A stretch of DNA of 55,641 nt from an uncultured Gammaproteobacteria bacterium. GTDB lineage: Bacteria > Patescibacteriota > Patescibacteriia > UBA1558 > 2-01-FULL-52-15. The translations under genes were made by a program, and so were the position numbers. Below the pieces are notes generated by a model that saw only the letters and a list, made by a program, of their open reading frames with translations, did no database searches and had not been told where the DNA came from. Positions 1 to 9,726 of this stretch are shown here, piece after piece. Where the stretch lies: assembly GCA_964487895.1 (NCBI GenBank), contig CAZASM010000004.1:1-55641 (forward strand), written 5' to 3'. Position 1 is the stretch's first letter. Each line of letters starts with the position of its first letter.

Positions 1-46
1 CTTCGACCACAAGACGTAGAAGTAGAGAGTAAAATTAGATACGTCC

Positions 47-123
47 GGGCGCATAGCTCAGTTGGTTAGAGCACCTCGTTTACACCGAGGGGGTCCTAGG
101 TTCGAATCCTTGTGCGCCCACCA
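47..123 (+). tRNA. tRNA-Val (anticodon TAC), CCA encoded
   Basis: Cloverleaf read by eye: 7-bp acceptor gggcgca/tgcgccc, D-stem gctc/gagc, anticodon stem cctcg/cgagg with loop tttacac, T-loop ttcgaat, 3' CCA. One U-U mismatch in the T stem. Confidence 0.85.
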
Positions 124-136
124 TGTTAGAATTTTT

Positions 137-164
137 AAAAAAATCACCGAGCGGTGATTTTTTA
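137..164. terminator. Rho-independent terminator hairpin (aatcaccgagcggtgatt) flanked by A and T runs
   Basis: Perfect 7-bp stem with T-run on the plus strand and A-run upstream. Could terminate the tRNA and also the convergent minus-strand gene. Confidence 0.6.
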
Positions 165-1127
165 GTTTATAAACGGCTCTATATAGGTTTGTTTCAGATT
201 AGCTTGATTCTTTTCTAACTCTCGCTGAGTTAGCTGATCCAGCATCGGTCCTATTTGCTGGGCTATTGCCGACAACAAAATATTATTATTTGGACTGAAA
301 TAGTGGCCGTTAATTTTATCCGTTAAAACAATACAACCGGTGATTTGATGGTGACTCATGATAGGACAGAGCAGCATATTTTTACTTTGATAGTCTGCCG
401 TATTAAATTTCTTTTCCCAATTTTCAGGAGTAATAATGAGAGGTTTTTTACTACTATAAACTAAACTCATCAAGGTGTCTTGATCTAATCTGATAATTTT
501 ATTTGGTGTTTTGCGATAACCTAAAGCGTATTCAATATATATTCTTCTACCTATTGGTTCAAAGCGAGCGACTAAAGCATGCTTGACACGAAATAGTTTT
601 AGTAGATCACGCAATAAATGTGTTAGTAGTTCCTCACGTGTAACTATATTACTAGGAAGTTTGCTGATGGCGAAAAGAGTTAACAATTTATCATTAGTTC
701 GGCTTAGACGCTCAGTGATAGTTCGTAACATTAACTGCTGTAAGTCTTGCGCCGCTTTTGGTTGGTCACGAAATAATTTGGCTAGTTGATAGGTTGATAT
801 TTCTAACAGCTGGGTATTTGTCTCTAAAGTTCTGCCACTGTGTTCGTGTGTGCCTCCAGCGGAGAAAAAAATACTTTCACCGACAACTTCATACGGTTTG
901 AAAGCAGCCAAAGGTTCTTGGACGCCGAGAATAGTTTTTTCAATGAGGAGTCCTCCCTGAAGTACGATATAGAGACGATCGCGTTTTTGACCTTCTCTGA
1001 AAACTAAGCGGTGAATATCATAAGTTTCGACTTTGACAAAACCGGCCAGCTGGATCAGAGCTTGCCGGCTAAGAGATTTAAATAAGGGGATCTTTTTTAA
1101 CTCAGAGATGAGCATAGGGTTAGGCAT
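162..1127 (-). CDS. Cyclic-nucleotide-binding (Crp-like cNMP) domain protein with a C-terminal GAF-like region
   Basis: The N-terminus IPLFKSLSRQALIQLAGFVKVETYDIHRLVFREGQKRDRLYIVLQGG is a typical cNMP-binding beta-roll. The 3' end overlaps pilT by 8 nt, so the two are probably co-transcribed. Confidence 0.6.
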   Translation of the reverse strand: MPNPMLISELKKIPLFKSLSRQALIQLAGFVKVETYDIHRLVFREGQKRDRLYIVLQGGLLIEKTILGVQEPLAAFKPYEVVGESIFFSAGGTHEHSGRTLETNTQLLEISTYQLAKLFRDQPKAAQDLQQLMLRTITERLSRTNDKLLTLFAISKLPSNIVTREELLTHLLRDLLKLFRVKHALVARFEPIGRRIYIEYALGYRKTPNKIIRLDQDTLMSLVYSSKKPLIITPENWEKKFNTADYQSKNMLLCPIMSHHQITGCIVLTDKINGHYFSPNNNILLSAIAQQIGPMLDQLTQRELEKNQANLKQTYIEPFIN

Positions 1128-2148
1128 CTACCGAATAGGCGATGGCAGTTGGTTCGTCGATTAGGTCGTTTTCTAATAAAACTTTCAAATGATAGTCCAT
1201 CGTCATCATGCCTTGGTCAGCTGAAGTCTGAATAATAGTTTTAATCTGAGGAATTTTATTTTCACGTACCAAGTTAGCGACAGCAGCATTGTTGACTAAG
1301 ATTTCACGCGCAGCGACACGTCCTCCGCCTTTGCGCGGCAACAGTTTCTGAGAAATAATACCGGATAATGAGACCGAAAGCTGAAGGCGAACTTGAGCTT
1401 GCTGGTGTGGCGGGAAGACATCAATGATACGATCAATTGTTTGAGAGGCATTGTGAGTGTGTAGGGTAGCAAGTACTAAATGTCCTGTCTCTGCGAGGGT
1501 GATAGTGGCAGCAATGGTTTCTAAGTCACGCATTTCTCCAACCATGATGACGTTTGGATCCTGACGTAAGACATGCTTCAGGGCGCTACCGAAGCTATTC
1601 ATGTCAGTACCGAGTTGACGCTGTTTAATAATACTTTTGCTAGGAGTATAGATGTACTCAATTGGATCTTCTAAGGTGATGATATTAGCAAAACGGTTGT
1701 CATTGATGCGTTGGACCATGGCAGCCAAGGTGGTAGATTTACCACAACCCGTTGGTCCGGTGATGAGAATTAAGCCTTGTGGCTTCGCAATCAGGTCGAA
1801 AGCAATAGGCGGTAGCTCCAACTCTTCCATCGAAGGGATAATATTAGAAATAACACGAGCCACCAAGCCCATATTATCCTTTTCAAAATGGAGATTGATA
1901 CGATAACGAGAGTAGCCTTCAAGTTCATAGGAGACATCTAGCTCGCGTTCTTTAAGAAATTTATCTTTCTGGGCGTCAGTGATAATACTTAGTACCAAAG
2001 CTTCCATGTCAGCTTTTTTCAGCACTGGTATGTCTGGAATTATTTTTAATTCACCATCAACGCGGATGATTGGAGGCTTACCGACGATCAAATGTAAGTC
2101 AGATGCTTTTTTTTGACTGGCAATCTGAAAAAGTTCATTGATGTTCAT
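1120..2148 (-). CDS. pilT: Type IV pilus retraction ATPase PilT (twitching motility)
   Basis: Walker A GPTGCGKSTT, and the PilT-like N-terminus MNINELFQIASQKKASDLHL. The track ORF extends to 2256 with a TTG start and no RBS; the ATG at 2148 gives a canonical PilT N-terminus. Confidence 0.8.
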   Translation of the reverse strand: MNINELFQIASQKKASDLHLIVGKPPIIRVDGELKIIPDIPVLKKADMEALVLSIITDAQKDKFLKERELDVSYELEGYSRYRINLHFEKDNMGLVARVISNIIPSMEELELPPIAFDLIAKPQGLILITGPTGCGKSTTLAAMVQRINDNRFANIITLEDPIEYIYTPSKSIIKQRQLGTDMNSFGSALKHVLRQDPNVIMVGEMRDLETIAATITLAETGHLVLATLHTHNASQTIDRIIDVFPPHQQAQVRLQLSVSLSGIISQKLLPRKGGGRVAAREILVNNAAVANLVRENKIPQIKTIIQTSADQGMMTMDYHLKVLLENDLIDEPTAIAYSVDA

Positions 2149-2365
2149 GGGAATATTATAACATAGGGAGTGAGTCCCGCCAACGCTGTTTGATTTCAAA
2201 ATAGGCGGGATCCCGCCAGAGGCGGTGATAGTTGGTAGTGAGTAGTTGGCAGACAAAATTCAGAATTAAAAAAGAAGAAATAAGAGATAAGGAAAAGTAG
2301 TTAGTATGATGTATTAAGTTTAAAGTAAAGACCCGAGATCGATGAACGATGTCGGGTCCGATGTT

Positions 2366-2662
2366 TTAGGAAAACTGTTGTCGTTGTGCGGCTGCGATTT
2401 GCTTGATGAGCGGATGAACCTTCTCACCGGCTTTCAGATCTTTGAGCCCCTGTTTGATGGCGCGAAAAGCTTCTTTGTCGATAATCTGCGCTTCCTTAGG
2501 GTTATAGCCGTGCTCTACGCGATGACGGCTGAGGTAGAGAAGGTGCTCCCTGATTTTGCGCTTCTGACCGCGTTTGACGTGAGCCACGATTTCATTGATG
2601 AATTCTTGCAATCCATCGAGCGTGGTTTGTGCGGCAGCGTTCTTCTCGGCCTTGGTCGGCAT
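2366..2662 (-). CDS. Hypothetical Lys-rich 98-aa protein
   Basis: RBS aggag lies 6 nt upstream of the ATG. Of the three overlapping frames here, this one has a protein-like composition. Confidence 0.5.
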   Translation of the reverse strand: MPTKAEKNAAAQTTLDGLQEFINEIVAHVKRGQKRKIREHLLYLSRHRVEHGYNPKEAQIIDKEAFRAIKQGLKDLKAGEKVHPLIKQIAAAQRQQFS

Positions 2663-2872
2663 GGGTAACTCCTATAAGGTATGAGTGATGATGAACAGCT
2701 AACGTGATACACTCTACGATAGAGTATTAAAGCTGTCAATTTAGCCCATTGGATAGTTGCTGTATCCAACGGGTTAAAGAAAATCCGCCTCGCACCATTA
2801 CAGTACGAGACGGATCCCGGCGAGAGACGCTCAGCGTCTCGAGGGACGCTGAGAGTTCCGAGGCATTTTCTG

Positions 2873-3016
2873 TTACTTGCCATGCAAGGAATTCTCGACG
2901 CAGAGATAGAGGACCACGATGCAGATGATGATTGTCACTCCATCGACAATCCAACCGTCAACATGGCGATCCAGCCAGTCTTTCCAGCCCCAGACAATCT
3001 TGGTAAACATAACCAT
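2873..3016 (-). CDS. Small hydrophobic protein, 47 aa (MVMFTKIVWGWKDWLDRHVDGWIVDGVTIIICIVVLYLCVENSLHGK), not in the ORF track
   Basis: Strong RBS gaaggagaa lies immediately upstream of the ATG, and there is a single predicted TM helix. It sits between cobA and the 98-aa gene on the same strand. Confidence 0.35.
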   Translation of the reverse strand: MVMFTKIVWGWKDWLDRHVDGWIVDGVTIIICIVVLYLCVENSLHGK

Positions 3017-3082
3017 TTCTCCTTCTGTAGGCAGCAGGTACGATAAACTATCTATAAAGCTAATCCTATTAGAAAAATTTGT

Positions 3083-3625
3083 CTAGTACTCAATTCCCTG
3101 TCTGGCTGCGACGCCTTTATAGAAGTAATGTTTTTTCAGCTTCATCTCTGTCACGAGATCGGCAGCGTCCATAATCTTCTTGGGAGCACGCCGACCGGTT
3201 AATACTAGCTCGATGTGTTCTGGTTTATCTTTCATCAGGGCTAGAACATCCGTTAGCTTCAACATTTTTAGCTTGGTAGAAGTATTGATTTCATCGAGAA
3301 TAATTAAGTCGTATTTTTTCTTAAACAAAGCTCGGGCTAATTGAAGACCACGCTCAGCTTCTGCCTTATCTTCATCGAGGATAGAGAAGCGGAAGGGCGT
3401 GCCCGGTTTGAAGCGGACTAAGCCAGTGACAAAGAAATCAACATTTTTCAATAACGGTAAACTATGACGTTCACCGTACTCAAACCCGCCTTTATCAAAG
3501 AAGATAATAGCTACTTTCTTGCCTTGTCCAGAAGCACGGAGAGCTAGGCCCAGACCGGCTGTTGTTTTGCCTTTACCATCTCCTGTGTAGACGTGGATTT
3601 GGCCTAAGGAGAATTTTTTATTCAT
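3083..3625 (-). CDS. cobA: ATP:cob(I)alamin adenosyltransferase, CobA/CobO/BtuR family
   Basis: P-loop YTGDGKGKTTAGLGLALRASGQGKKVAIIFFDKGG is typical of CobA-type corrinoid adenosyltransferases. It lies immediately downstream of the AdoCbl-dependent RNR. Confidence 0.75.
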   Translation of the reverse strand: MNKKFSLGQIHVYTGDGKGKTTAGLGLALRASGQGKKVAIIFFDKGGFEYGERHSLPLLKNVDFFVTGLVRFKPGTPFRFSILDEDKAEAERGLQLARALFKKKYDLIILDEINTSTKLKMLKLTDVLALMKDKPEHIELVLTGRRAPKKIMDAADLVTEMKLKKHYFYKGVAARQGIEY

Positions 3626-3689
3626 AAGTGATAATTAGGGGCGGGTTTAAAACCCGCCCTTATCATTAGTCGATTATATTGACAACATC

Positions 3690-6600
3690 CTAACTGCACC
3701 CCGTAGTTTCACCGCAATCCACACACAATAAGCACGAACCATTGCGTTTCATCTTCATGCTGCCACAGGCGCCACATTGGTCACCAGTGAAGCCATGCTT
3801 CTTGGCGGTATCTTTGGGATCGTGTTCGATAATTTTAGTTGCTTCACTATCAACCTTAGTTGTTGTCTGGCTGAGGTCCATTGGTAGAGTTTTCTGGGTA
3901 TCAGCTGGTTTATTTTGTACCAGATCAGTACGGTTGAGATACTCATAGCCCATCAGACGGAAGACGAAGTCAATAATCGAGGTGGCCATCTTGATATTCT
4001 CGTGTCCTTGGACCACACCAGCTGGTTCAAACTTGGTGTAGGTGAAGGTATCGACATATTCTTCTAGTGGAATACCGTATTGTAAGCCTTTAGATACAGA
4101 GATAGCGAACATATTGACCAGACTACGGTAGCTGGCACCTTCTTTGTACATATCGATGAAGATCTCACCGAGACGACCATCTGGATACTCACCAGTACGG
4201 ACATAGACTTTATGACCACCAACCAGCGCTTCTTGGACGAAGCCACGACGTTGAGTTGGTAGCTTCTCTTGAGCGCCACGACCATGACCCAGTGCTTGGT
4301 GGTACTCCTTTGGTCCGACAGTTTCATCAATGTCATCAGCAGTGGCCAGAGACATCAGGGAGTCTTCGCCAGTCATCGAGTTTAATGGTTGAGATAGTTT
4401 TGATCCGTCACGGTAGAGTGCCACTGCTTTCAACATGTGAGTCCAACTCTTCTCATGAACTTCAGCCACTTCGGCAATAGTTGCTTCGTGAGGCATATTA
4501 ATCGTCTTGGAGATAGCACCACAGAGGAATGGCTGAGTAGTGGCCATCATATTAATATGTGCTTGGTATGGGATGTAGCGAGTACCTTTGGAACCACATT
4601 TATTAGCGCAGTCAAAGATAGCGTAGTGTTCATGTTTCAAATGAGGCGCGCCTTCCATGGTCATAGTACCAAAGATGTATTCGTTGGCTTGGGCAATCTG
4701 TTCAGCGGTGAAGCCCAGCTTTTTCAAAACAGATAGGTTCGGATCTTGAATTTCTTCTGCTGTGAAGCCGAGACGAGTGAGAGCTTGCTCACCGAGAATA
4801 CTTTGGTTCATGACAAAGCTGAGATCCATCGAGGAAGCTAGAGCGCTGTCAATCTTGCTAATATCTTTTTCACTTAAACCAAGATTAGTCAAAGATTCAT
4901 CATTAATATGAGGAGCGCCTTTGAGACGACCATGGCCTAGGGCGTACTCCTCAATTTCTTTGATCTGTTCAGGGCTATAGTTCATTTTTTTCAAAGCTTT
5001 GTGCACGCTACGGTTGATAATTTTCATGTAGCCTCCGCCAGCCAACTTCTTATATTTGACGATAGCAAAATCAGGTTCAACTCCAGTAGTATCGCAGTCC
5101 ATCACCAGACCAATAGTACCGGTAGGCGCGATGAGGGTTGTCTGAGCATTACGGTAGCCATGTTGTTCGCCACTAGACACTGCTTTATCCCAAGCTTCGC
5201 GAGCAGCAGTCAAAAGATCCACAGGAGTGTATTGAGGGTCTAGTCCCATTGGTTTGACTGTTAGATTTTCATATTCTTGAGGTGTCGCATTGTAGGCAGC
5301 TCGACGGTGATTGCGCATGACACGGAGCATTGGTTCACGGTTGGCCTCAAAACGATTGAAAGCACCGAGGTGAGCAGCCATTTCAGCAGAAGTAGCATAA
5401 GATTCGCCACCCATGATAGCAGTAATAGCTCCAGCAATAGCGAGAGCTTCTTTGGAATCATAAGGAATACCCATAGTCATCAGTATGGTACCGAGGTTAG
5501 CATAGCCAAGACCAAGGGTGCGATAGAGATAGCTGTTCCAAGCGATTTGTTTGGATGGGAACTGCGCCATCAAGACGGAGATTTCTAAGGTAATAGTCCA
5601 GAGGCGAACTGAATGTTTGAAATCTTCAATTTTAAATTTGTAAGTTTCTTCATCCAAGAAGTGAGCTAGGTTAATAGATGACAGGTTACAAGCTGTATCG
5701 TCTAAGAACATGTATTCCGAGCAAGGATTTGACGCTGTGATAGGTCCATCATTAGAACAGGTGTGCCATTCGTTAACAGTATCGTGAAATTGTAAGCCTG
5801 GATCAGCACAAGACCAGGCAGCATAATTTATTTTATCCCAAAGATTACGAGCTGGTAGTGTTTTATTAACCTGATCATTAGTGCGGTTCATTAGTTTCCA
5901 GTCTCTATTCTGCGCTACAGACTGCATGAACTCATTGGTCACACGGACCGAGTTGTTAGAATTCTGTCCAGAGACTGTGGTATAGGCCTCGCCTTCGAAA
6001 TGAGTGTCATGTACTTTGTAGTTGATATGATCAATTCCTTGGTCCACGAGGCTTAAGACACGTTCAATATAGTTCACTGGTGTGCCAGCTGTGATAGCGC
6101 GTTGAATAGTTTGTTTGAGACCAATATTTTGTTTCCAATCTGTCGAAGTACCGCTGGCAGTCTTAGTTGCCTCGATAACATTTTGTAAGTGGAGAGAATT
6201 AATTTTACTACCCGCTACGAGAGAAGCTACTTTTTGTTCTTCTTTCATTTTCCAATCAATAAACTCTTCAATATCTGGGTGATCGATATCAATAACAACC
6301 ATCTTAGCCGCACGTCTAGTTGTGCCACCACTTTTCACCGCACCGGCTGCTCGATCAAAGATTTTCAAAAAAGACATCAAGCCAGAGGATTTGCCACCAC
6401 CAGAAAGACGTTCATTACCAGCGCGTAAGCTGGAAAAATTGGAGCCAGTACCAGAACCGTATTTAAACAAGCGAGCTTCACGCGTGACTAAGTCAAAGAT
6501 ACCGCCTTCATTCACCATGTCGTCTTTGATAGATTGGATGAAGCAGGCGTGTGGTTGCGGGTGAGTATAGGCGTCAGCAGATTGAGTTAGCTCACCTGAT

Positions 6601-7406
6601 GAAGGATCAACATAATAATGACCTTGAGCACCGCCAGTGATTCCGTAGGCATAGTTCAGCCCAGTGTTGAACCATTGTGGGGAGTTAGGAGCGCCAAGTT
6701 GGTGAGAGAGAGTGTAAACCATTTCATCTTCGTAGGCCTGTGCGTCCTCCTCTGAAGCGAAGTAGCCATATTTTTCACCCCAGAAGCGCCAGCAACCAGC
6801 TAGACGTCGAGAAACCTGTCTGATACTAGTTTCTGCTCCTAGTACGGGTTGACCATTGGCATCAGCGAGGTAGTTACCTTGTTCGTCTTGTTGTGGTACG
6901 CCAGCTTTACGTAGGTATTTCTGAGCAAGGATATCGGTAGCTACTTGAGACCAAGAGGCAGGGACTTCCACGTTTTTAATCTCGGCCACGATTGTGCCAT
7001 CAGAGTTACGAATGATGGAGCTACGCAGGTCGTACTTAATCTCGCTTAACGGATCAATACCTTTCTTAGTAAAGACACGTTTGATACGTAAACCTTCAGT
7101 TGTTCGCTGTACCTTGTCATTAGGTAGCTTCTTGTCTTTATAAAGAGAATAAAAACGAGCTACTTGGGGTAATTCGTTTTGTAACAAAACCCAAGCAGCG
7201 GCATTACGCACATCTTCGGTGGTAACATCTTGGCTAGTTGTGTTTTGAGACTCTAATTTGTTGATTATTTCCTGAGCAAATTTGTCAGATAAGGGATTAT
7301 CTCTCAATCCTTGAGCTGTAATAATAAACTTTAAACTGCGCTCTAGCTTCGCTCGGTCAAACTGTTCTAATTGGCCACTACGTTTTTTGATAGAAGATAA
7401 AGGCAT
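3690..7406 (-). CDS. nrdJ: Adenosylcobalamin-dependent ribonucleotide reductase, class II (NrdJ), with C-terminal Cys-rich zinc-ribbon tail
   Basis: 1238-aa single-chain RNR with class II hallmarks and a C-terminal CGACGS...CLLCVDCG motif. Adjacent cobA and an upstream NrdR operator support the call. Confidence 0.85.
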   Translation of the reverse strand: MPLSSIKKRSGQLEQFDRAKLERSLKFIITAQGLRDNPLSDKFAQEIINKLESQNTTSQDVTTEDVRNAAAWVLLQNELPQVARFYSLYKDKKLPNDKVQRTTEGLRIKRVFTKKGIDPLSEIKYDLRSSIIRNSDGTIVAEIKNVEVPASWSQVATDILAQKYLRKAGVPQQDEQGNYLADANGQPVLGAETSIRQVSRRLAGCWRFWGEKYGYFASEEDAQAYEDEMVYTLSHQLGAPNSPQWFNTGLNYAYGITGGAQGHYYVDPSSGELTQSADAYTHPQPHACFIQSIKDDMVNEGGIFDLVTREARLFKYGSGTGSNFSSLRAGNERLSGGGKSSGLMSFLKIFDRAAGAVKSGGTTRRAAKMVVIDIDHPDIEEFIDWKMKEEQKVASLVAGSKINSLHLQNVIEATKTASGTSTDWKQNIGLKQTIQRAITAGTPVNYIERVLSLVDQGIDHINYKVHDTHFEGEAYTTVSGQNSNNSVRVTNEFMQSVAQNRDWKLMNRTNDQVNKTLPARNLWDKINYAAWSCADPGLQFHDTVNEWHTCSNDGPITASNPCSEYMFLDDTACNLSSINLAHFLDEETYKFKIEDFKHSVRLWTITLEISVLMAQFPSKQIAWNSYLYRTLGLGYANLGTILMTMGIPYDSKEALAIAGAITAIMGGESYATSAEMAAHLGAFNRFEANREPMLRVMRNHRRAAYNATPQEYENLTVKPMGLDPQYTPVDLLTAAREAWDKAVSSGEQHGYRNAQTTLIAPTGTIGLVMDCDTTGVEPDFAIVKYKKLAGGGYMKIINRSVHKALKKMNYSPEQIKEIEEYALGHGRLKGAPHINDESLTNLGLSEKDISKIDSALASSMDLSFVMNQSILGEQALTRLGFTAEEIQDPNLSVLKKLGFTAEQIAQANEYIFGTMTMEGAPHLKHEHYAIFDCANKCGSKGTRYIPYQAHINMMATTQPFLCGAISKTINMPHEATIAEVAEVHEKSWTHMLKAVALYRDGSKLSQPLNSMTGEDSLMSLATADDIDETVGPKEYHQALGHGRGAQEKLPTQRRGFVQEALVGGHKVYVRTGEYPDGRLGEIFIDMYKEGASYRSLVNMFAISVSKGLQYGIPLEEYVDTFTYTKFEPAGVVQGHENIKMATSIIDFVFRLMGYEYLNRTDLVQNKPADTQKTLPMDLSQTTTKVDSEATKIIEHDPKDTAKKHGFTGDQCGACGSMKMKRNGSCLLCVDCGETTGCS

Positions 7407-7611
7407 GGGGTTTTATTAATGTTTATATTTTCCCAATAAAGGGCGATATTTTGAGCGAAAAAAAGTCACCTGCGGCCGTTATGTTTTCTGAAATGGCAGG
7501 TGAAACAGAGAGGAAGGTGAGGTAGCCCGTCTCGACTCGTTTTCAGATGCTTCGACAAGCGAAGCGATCATGACGAGTTATCGAAGACGAGGCGGACGGC
7601 TGTGGACAACA

Positions 7612-7659
7612 ACACTAGATGTAGTGTCCAAAACGATTATAGCACACTAGATGTAGTGG
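7612..7659 (-). promoter_or_regulatory. Tandem NrdR boxes (acactagatgtagtgt at 7612-7627 and acactagatgtagtgg at 7644-7659) bracketing a -10 TATAAT (7636-7641, minus strand) and -35 TTGTAC (7659-7664)
   Basis: Each box matches the published NrdR consensus acaCwAtATaTwGtgt at 14/16 positions. The two are 32 bp apart centre to centre, the usual tandem NrdR arrangement, and overlap the promoter of nrdJ. Confidence 0.75.
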
Positions 7660-7748
7660 TACAATAATTTTCAGGAATTTATGCTAACCTCAGAGATATT
7701 TTATTTTTGCGAACGTAGAAGCATTATAATGGAGAGAGGAAATTTTGT

Positions 7749-8918
7749 CTACTTTAGGATTAATTTCAATTTTTTAAGTGTATAATCCAGCTCTTTTTTG
7801 GTTGTTTGACGCCCAAAACTAAAGCGCAGGCTACTGTTAGCTAATTTTGCTGATAAACCAAGAGCTTTTAGTACATGCGATGGTTCTTGAGAAGTTTCAC
7901 TACAGGCCGAGCCAGTAGAGACAGCAATACCGGCCTTATCTAATTTATAGAGTAATGTCTCGCCTTCATGATTAGGTAAGCTAATATTGAGATTATTCGG
8001 CAATCGACGGTACAGGTCTCCATTAAGATGAGCTTGAGGATAGATTTTTTTAATTTCCGACCAGAAATAATTTCGTAAGGTAGTTAAACGTTTAGATTCG
8101 GTAGCGGCTTTGGCTTGGGCTTGTTTTAAGCTTTCTGCTAGCCCGACAATTCCAGGGATATTTTCTGTGCCTGATTTCAAACCACGCTCTTGGCCTCCAC
8201 CATGAATGATTGGTTGCAATTTTAATCCACGTTTAACATATAATAGTCCTGTGCCTTTAGGCCCGTAGAGTTTACAGCCCGAAAGTGATAACAAATCAAC
8301 GTGGAGTTTTTGAATATTCAGGGAAAGATAGTTACCAGCTTGGCAGGCGTCAGTATGGAGTAGGACAGGATTGAGGTTTTTGATCACTCTTTGTTTATTG
8401 ATAGCTCGTAAAGCTTTGCCGATATCTGCTACTGGTTGAATAGTTCCGATTTCGTTATTAGCTAACATCAAACTGATGAGAATTGTCTGTGGTTTGATTT
8501 TATTAAGTATATCTTGAGCATTAATCACTCCTTTGCTATCCGGAGAGACAATCGTAATCTGTCGACCTTGTTGTTTTAAAGCCGTAACGGTCTCTAAAAC
8601 AGCAGCATGTTCGATACTGCTGGTAATAATTTCAGCTTTAGGGTGAAGAATTTGCGCTACACCTTGAATAGCCATATTAATGCTCTCAGTGCCACCACTA
8701 GTAAAGTAGATTTCGTCGGCATTACAACCAAGAATATTAGAAATTTTTTTACGAGCGTCAGTTAGCGCCTGCTTAGCTTTTTTTCCAGGAGTATGTAGAC
8801 TGCCAGCATTAGCAAAATCAATCGTCTGATAACGATTCATGATGGTAGCGACTCCTGGGTTAAGAGGAGTCGCAGCTGAGTAATCTAGGTAGATCGTTTT
8901 CATGAGTTTTCTGACCAC
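7749..8918 (-). CDS. Cysteine desulfurase, NifS/IscS family (class V aminotransferase)
   Basis: N-terminus YLDYSAATPLNP, and overall similarity to PLP-dependent NifS-like desulfurases. Confidence 0.75.
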   Translation of the reverse strand: MVRKLMKTIYLDYSAATPLNPGVATIMNRYQTIDFANAGSLHTPGKKAKQALTDARKKISNILGCNADEIYFTSGGTESINMAIQGVAQILHPKAEIITSSIEHAAVLETVTALKQQGRQITIVSPDSKGVINAQDILNKIKPQTILISLMLANNEIGTIQPVADIGKALRAINKQRVIKNLNPVLLHTDACQAGNYLSLNIQKLHVDLLSLSGCKLYGPKGTGLLYVKRGLKLQPIIHGGGQERGLKSGTENIPGIVGLAESLKQAQAKAATESKRLTTLRNYFWSEIKKIYPQAHLNGDLYRRLPNNLNISLPNHEGETLLYKLDKAGIAVSTGSACSETSQEPSHVLKALGLSAKLANSSLRFSFGRQTTKKELDYTLKKLKLILK

Positions 8919-9299
8919 ATGGTGCGGTCGTGCTCGTTGCTGTCAGTCGGAGGTTCAAATAAGTACCAACTTGCCCCGTGTCCTTCTTGAGACAGTTTGT
9001 CCATAGTTGGACCGTACTCCGGATGATGGAGATCATCTCCGGTAGTCACGGGTATCAAGACATTACCCGAAACTACTCCTTCAGGCAAGGTTAGAGCGCC
9101 GTGAGAATCTCTCCCGCAGAGTCCTTTTTTTGGAGTTCCGTCAGGGTTGTGTTCTAGGACGATAGGAGCGAAAGGTTGAAACTTCCGCTCCTTGAAAAGA
9201 GGGTCCTGATGAAGCGCTGACTCAGGCAGATGTTCTATCTCTGGGTCATTCAGTTCGGGGTCTCTTGGTGGTGTATGTAATTCCTCTTCGAAGGTCATC
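8900..9299 (-). CDS. Hypothetical acidic 133-aa protein
   Basis: The ATG at 9299 has RBS aaaggaga 4 nt upstream. The longer track ORF (start 9430, TTG) has no RBS. His/Cys-containing but no recognised motif. Confidence 0.45.
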
Positions 9300-9460
9300 A
9301 GATCTCCTTTCTTCTTAAGTATAGTCAGCAGGGAGTTGGAAGTGTTTCTTCCACCCAGCAACTGACAGGTAGCAAATATTAAAATAAACAGAACTACCAT
9401 ATATTGTAGCTCTGTTGTTAGGAGTGTCAATCTGTTTTGCTGCGATAGGTTACTGTAATT

Positions 9461-9685
9461 CTATAGTGGAGGAAAAATTTGTTTACCCTCATCATCATAC
9501 AGGTAGATTGCTTTAGTCGGGCAACTCTCGGCTGCTGCCATGATTGTTTTATCATCATCGTGCTCTCCATCTTTCACTATAGCTAAGCCATTATCGTCTA
9601 ATGCAAAGGTTTTACCGGCGATGGCGACACATGAGGCCACGCTAACACATAGTTCTTGGTCAACTTTGATTTTCATACTAAGCAT
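9461..9685 (-). CDS. Small single-cluster ferredoxin
   Basis: 74 aa, Cys pattern C-x5-C...C-P, acidic. Its position next to korAB, cobA and nrdJ suggests an electron donor role. Confidence 0.65.
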   Translation of the reverse strand: MLSMKIKVDQELCVSVASCVAIAGKTFALDDNGLAIVKDGEHDDDKTIMAAAESCPTKAIYLYDDEGKQIFPPL

Positions 9686-9726
9686 ATTGTAGTTGAGTGT
9701 GTAAGTTTGTCAATTCCACATCCACA

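Noticed and set aside
1120-2256. Extended PilT N-terminus (track start 2256)
   Set aside because: The TTG start has no RBS and the extra 36 aa have no PilT counterpart. The ATG at 2148 gives the canonical N-terminus.
583-6564. Short plus-strand ORFs inside the cNMP, pilT and nrdJ genes (for example 583..789, 1652..1906, 4437..4736, 5277..5588, 6322..6564)
   Set aside because: They are antisense or out-of-frame overlaps of confidently identified genes, with no RBS and low-complexity translations.
7407-7610. Cobalamin riboswitch in the nrdJ leader
   Set aside because: The B12-box and other conserved riboswitch elements could not be recognised by eye, and B12 riboswitches normally control B12-independent RNRs rather than nrdJ. 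Kept only as a structured leader.
8900-9430. 176-aa version of the hypothetical protein with N-terminal TM helix
   Set aside because: The TTG start at 9430 and the internal ATG lack any RBS, whereas the ATG at 9299 has aaaggaga. The shorter cytoplasmic form was called.
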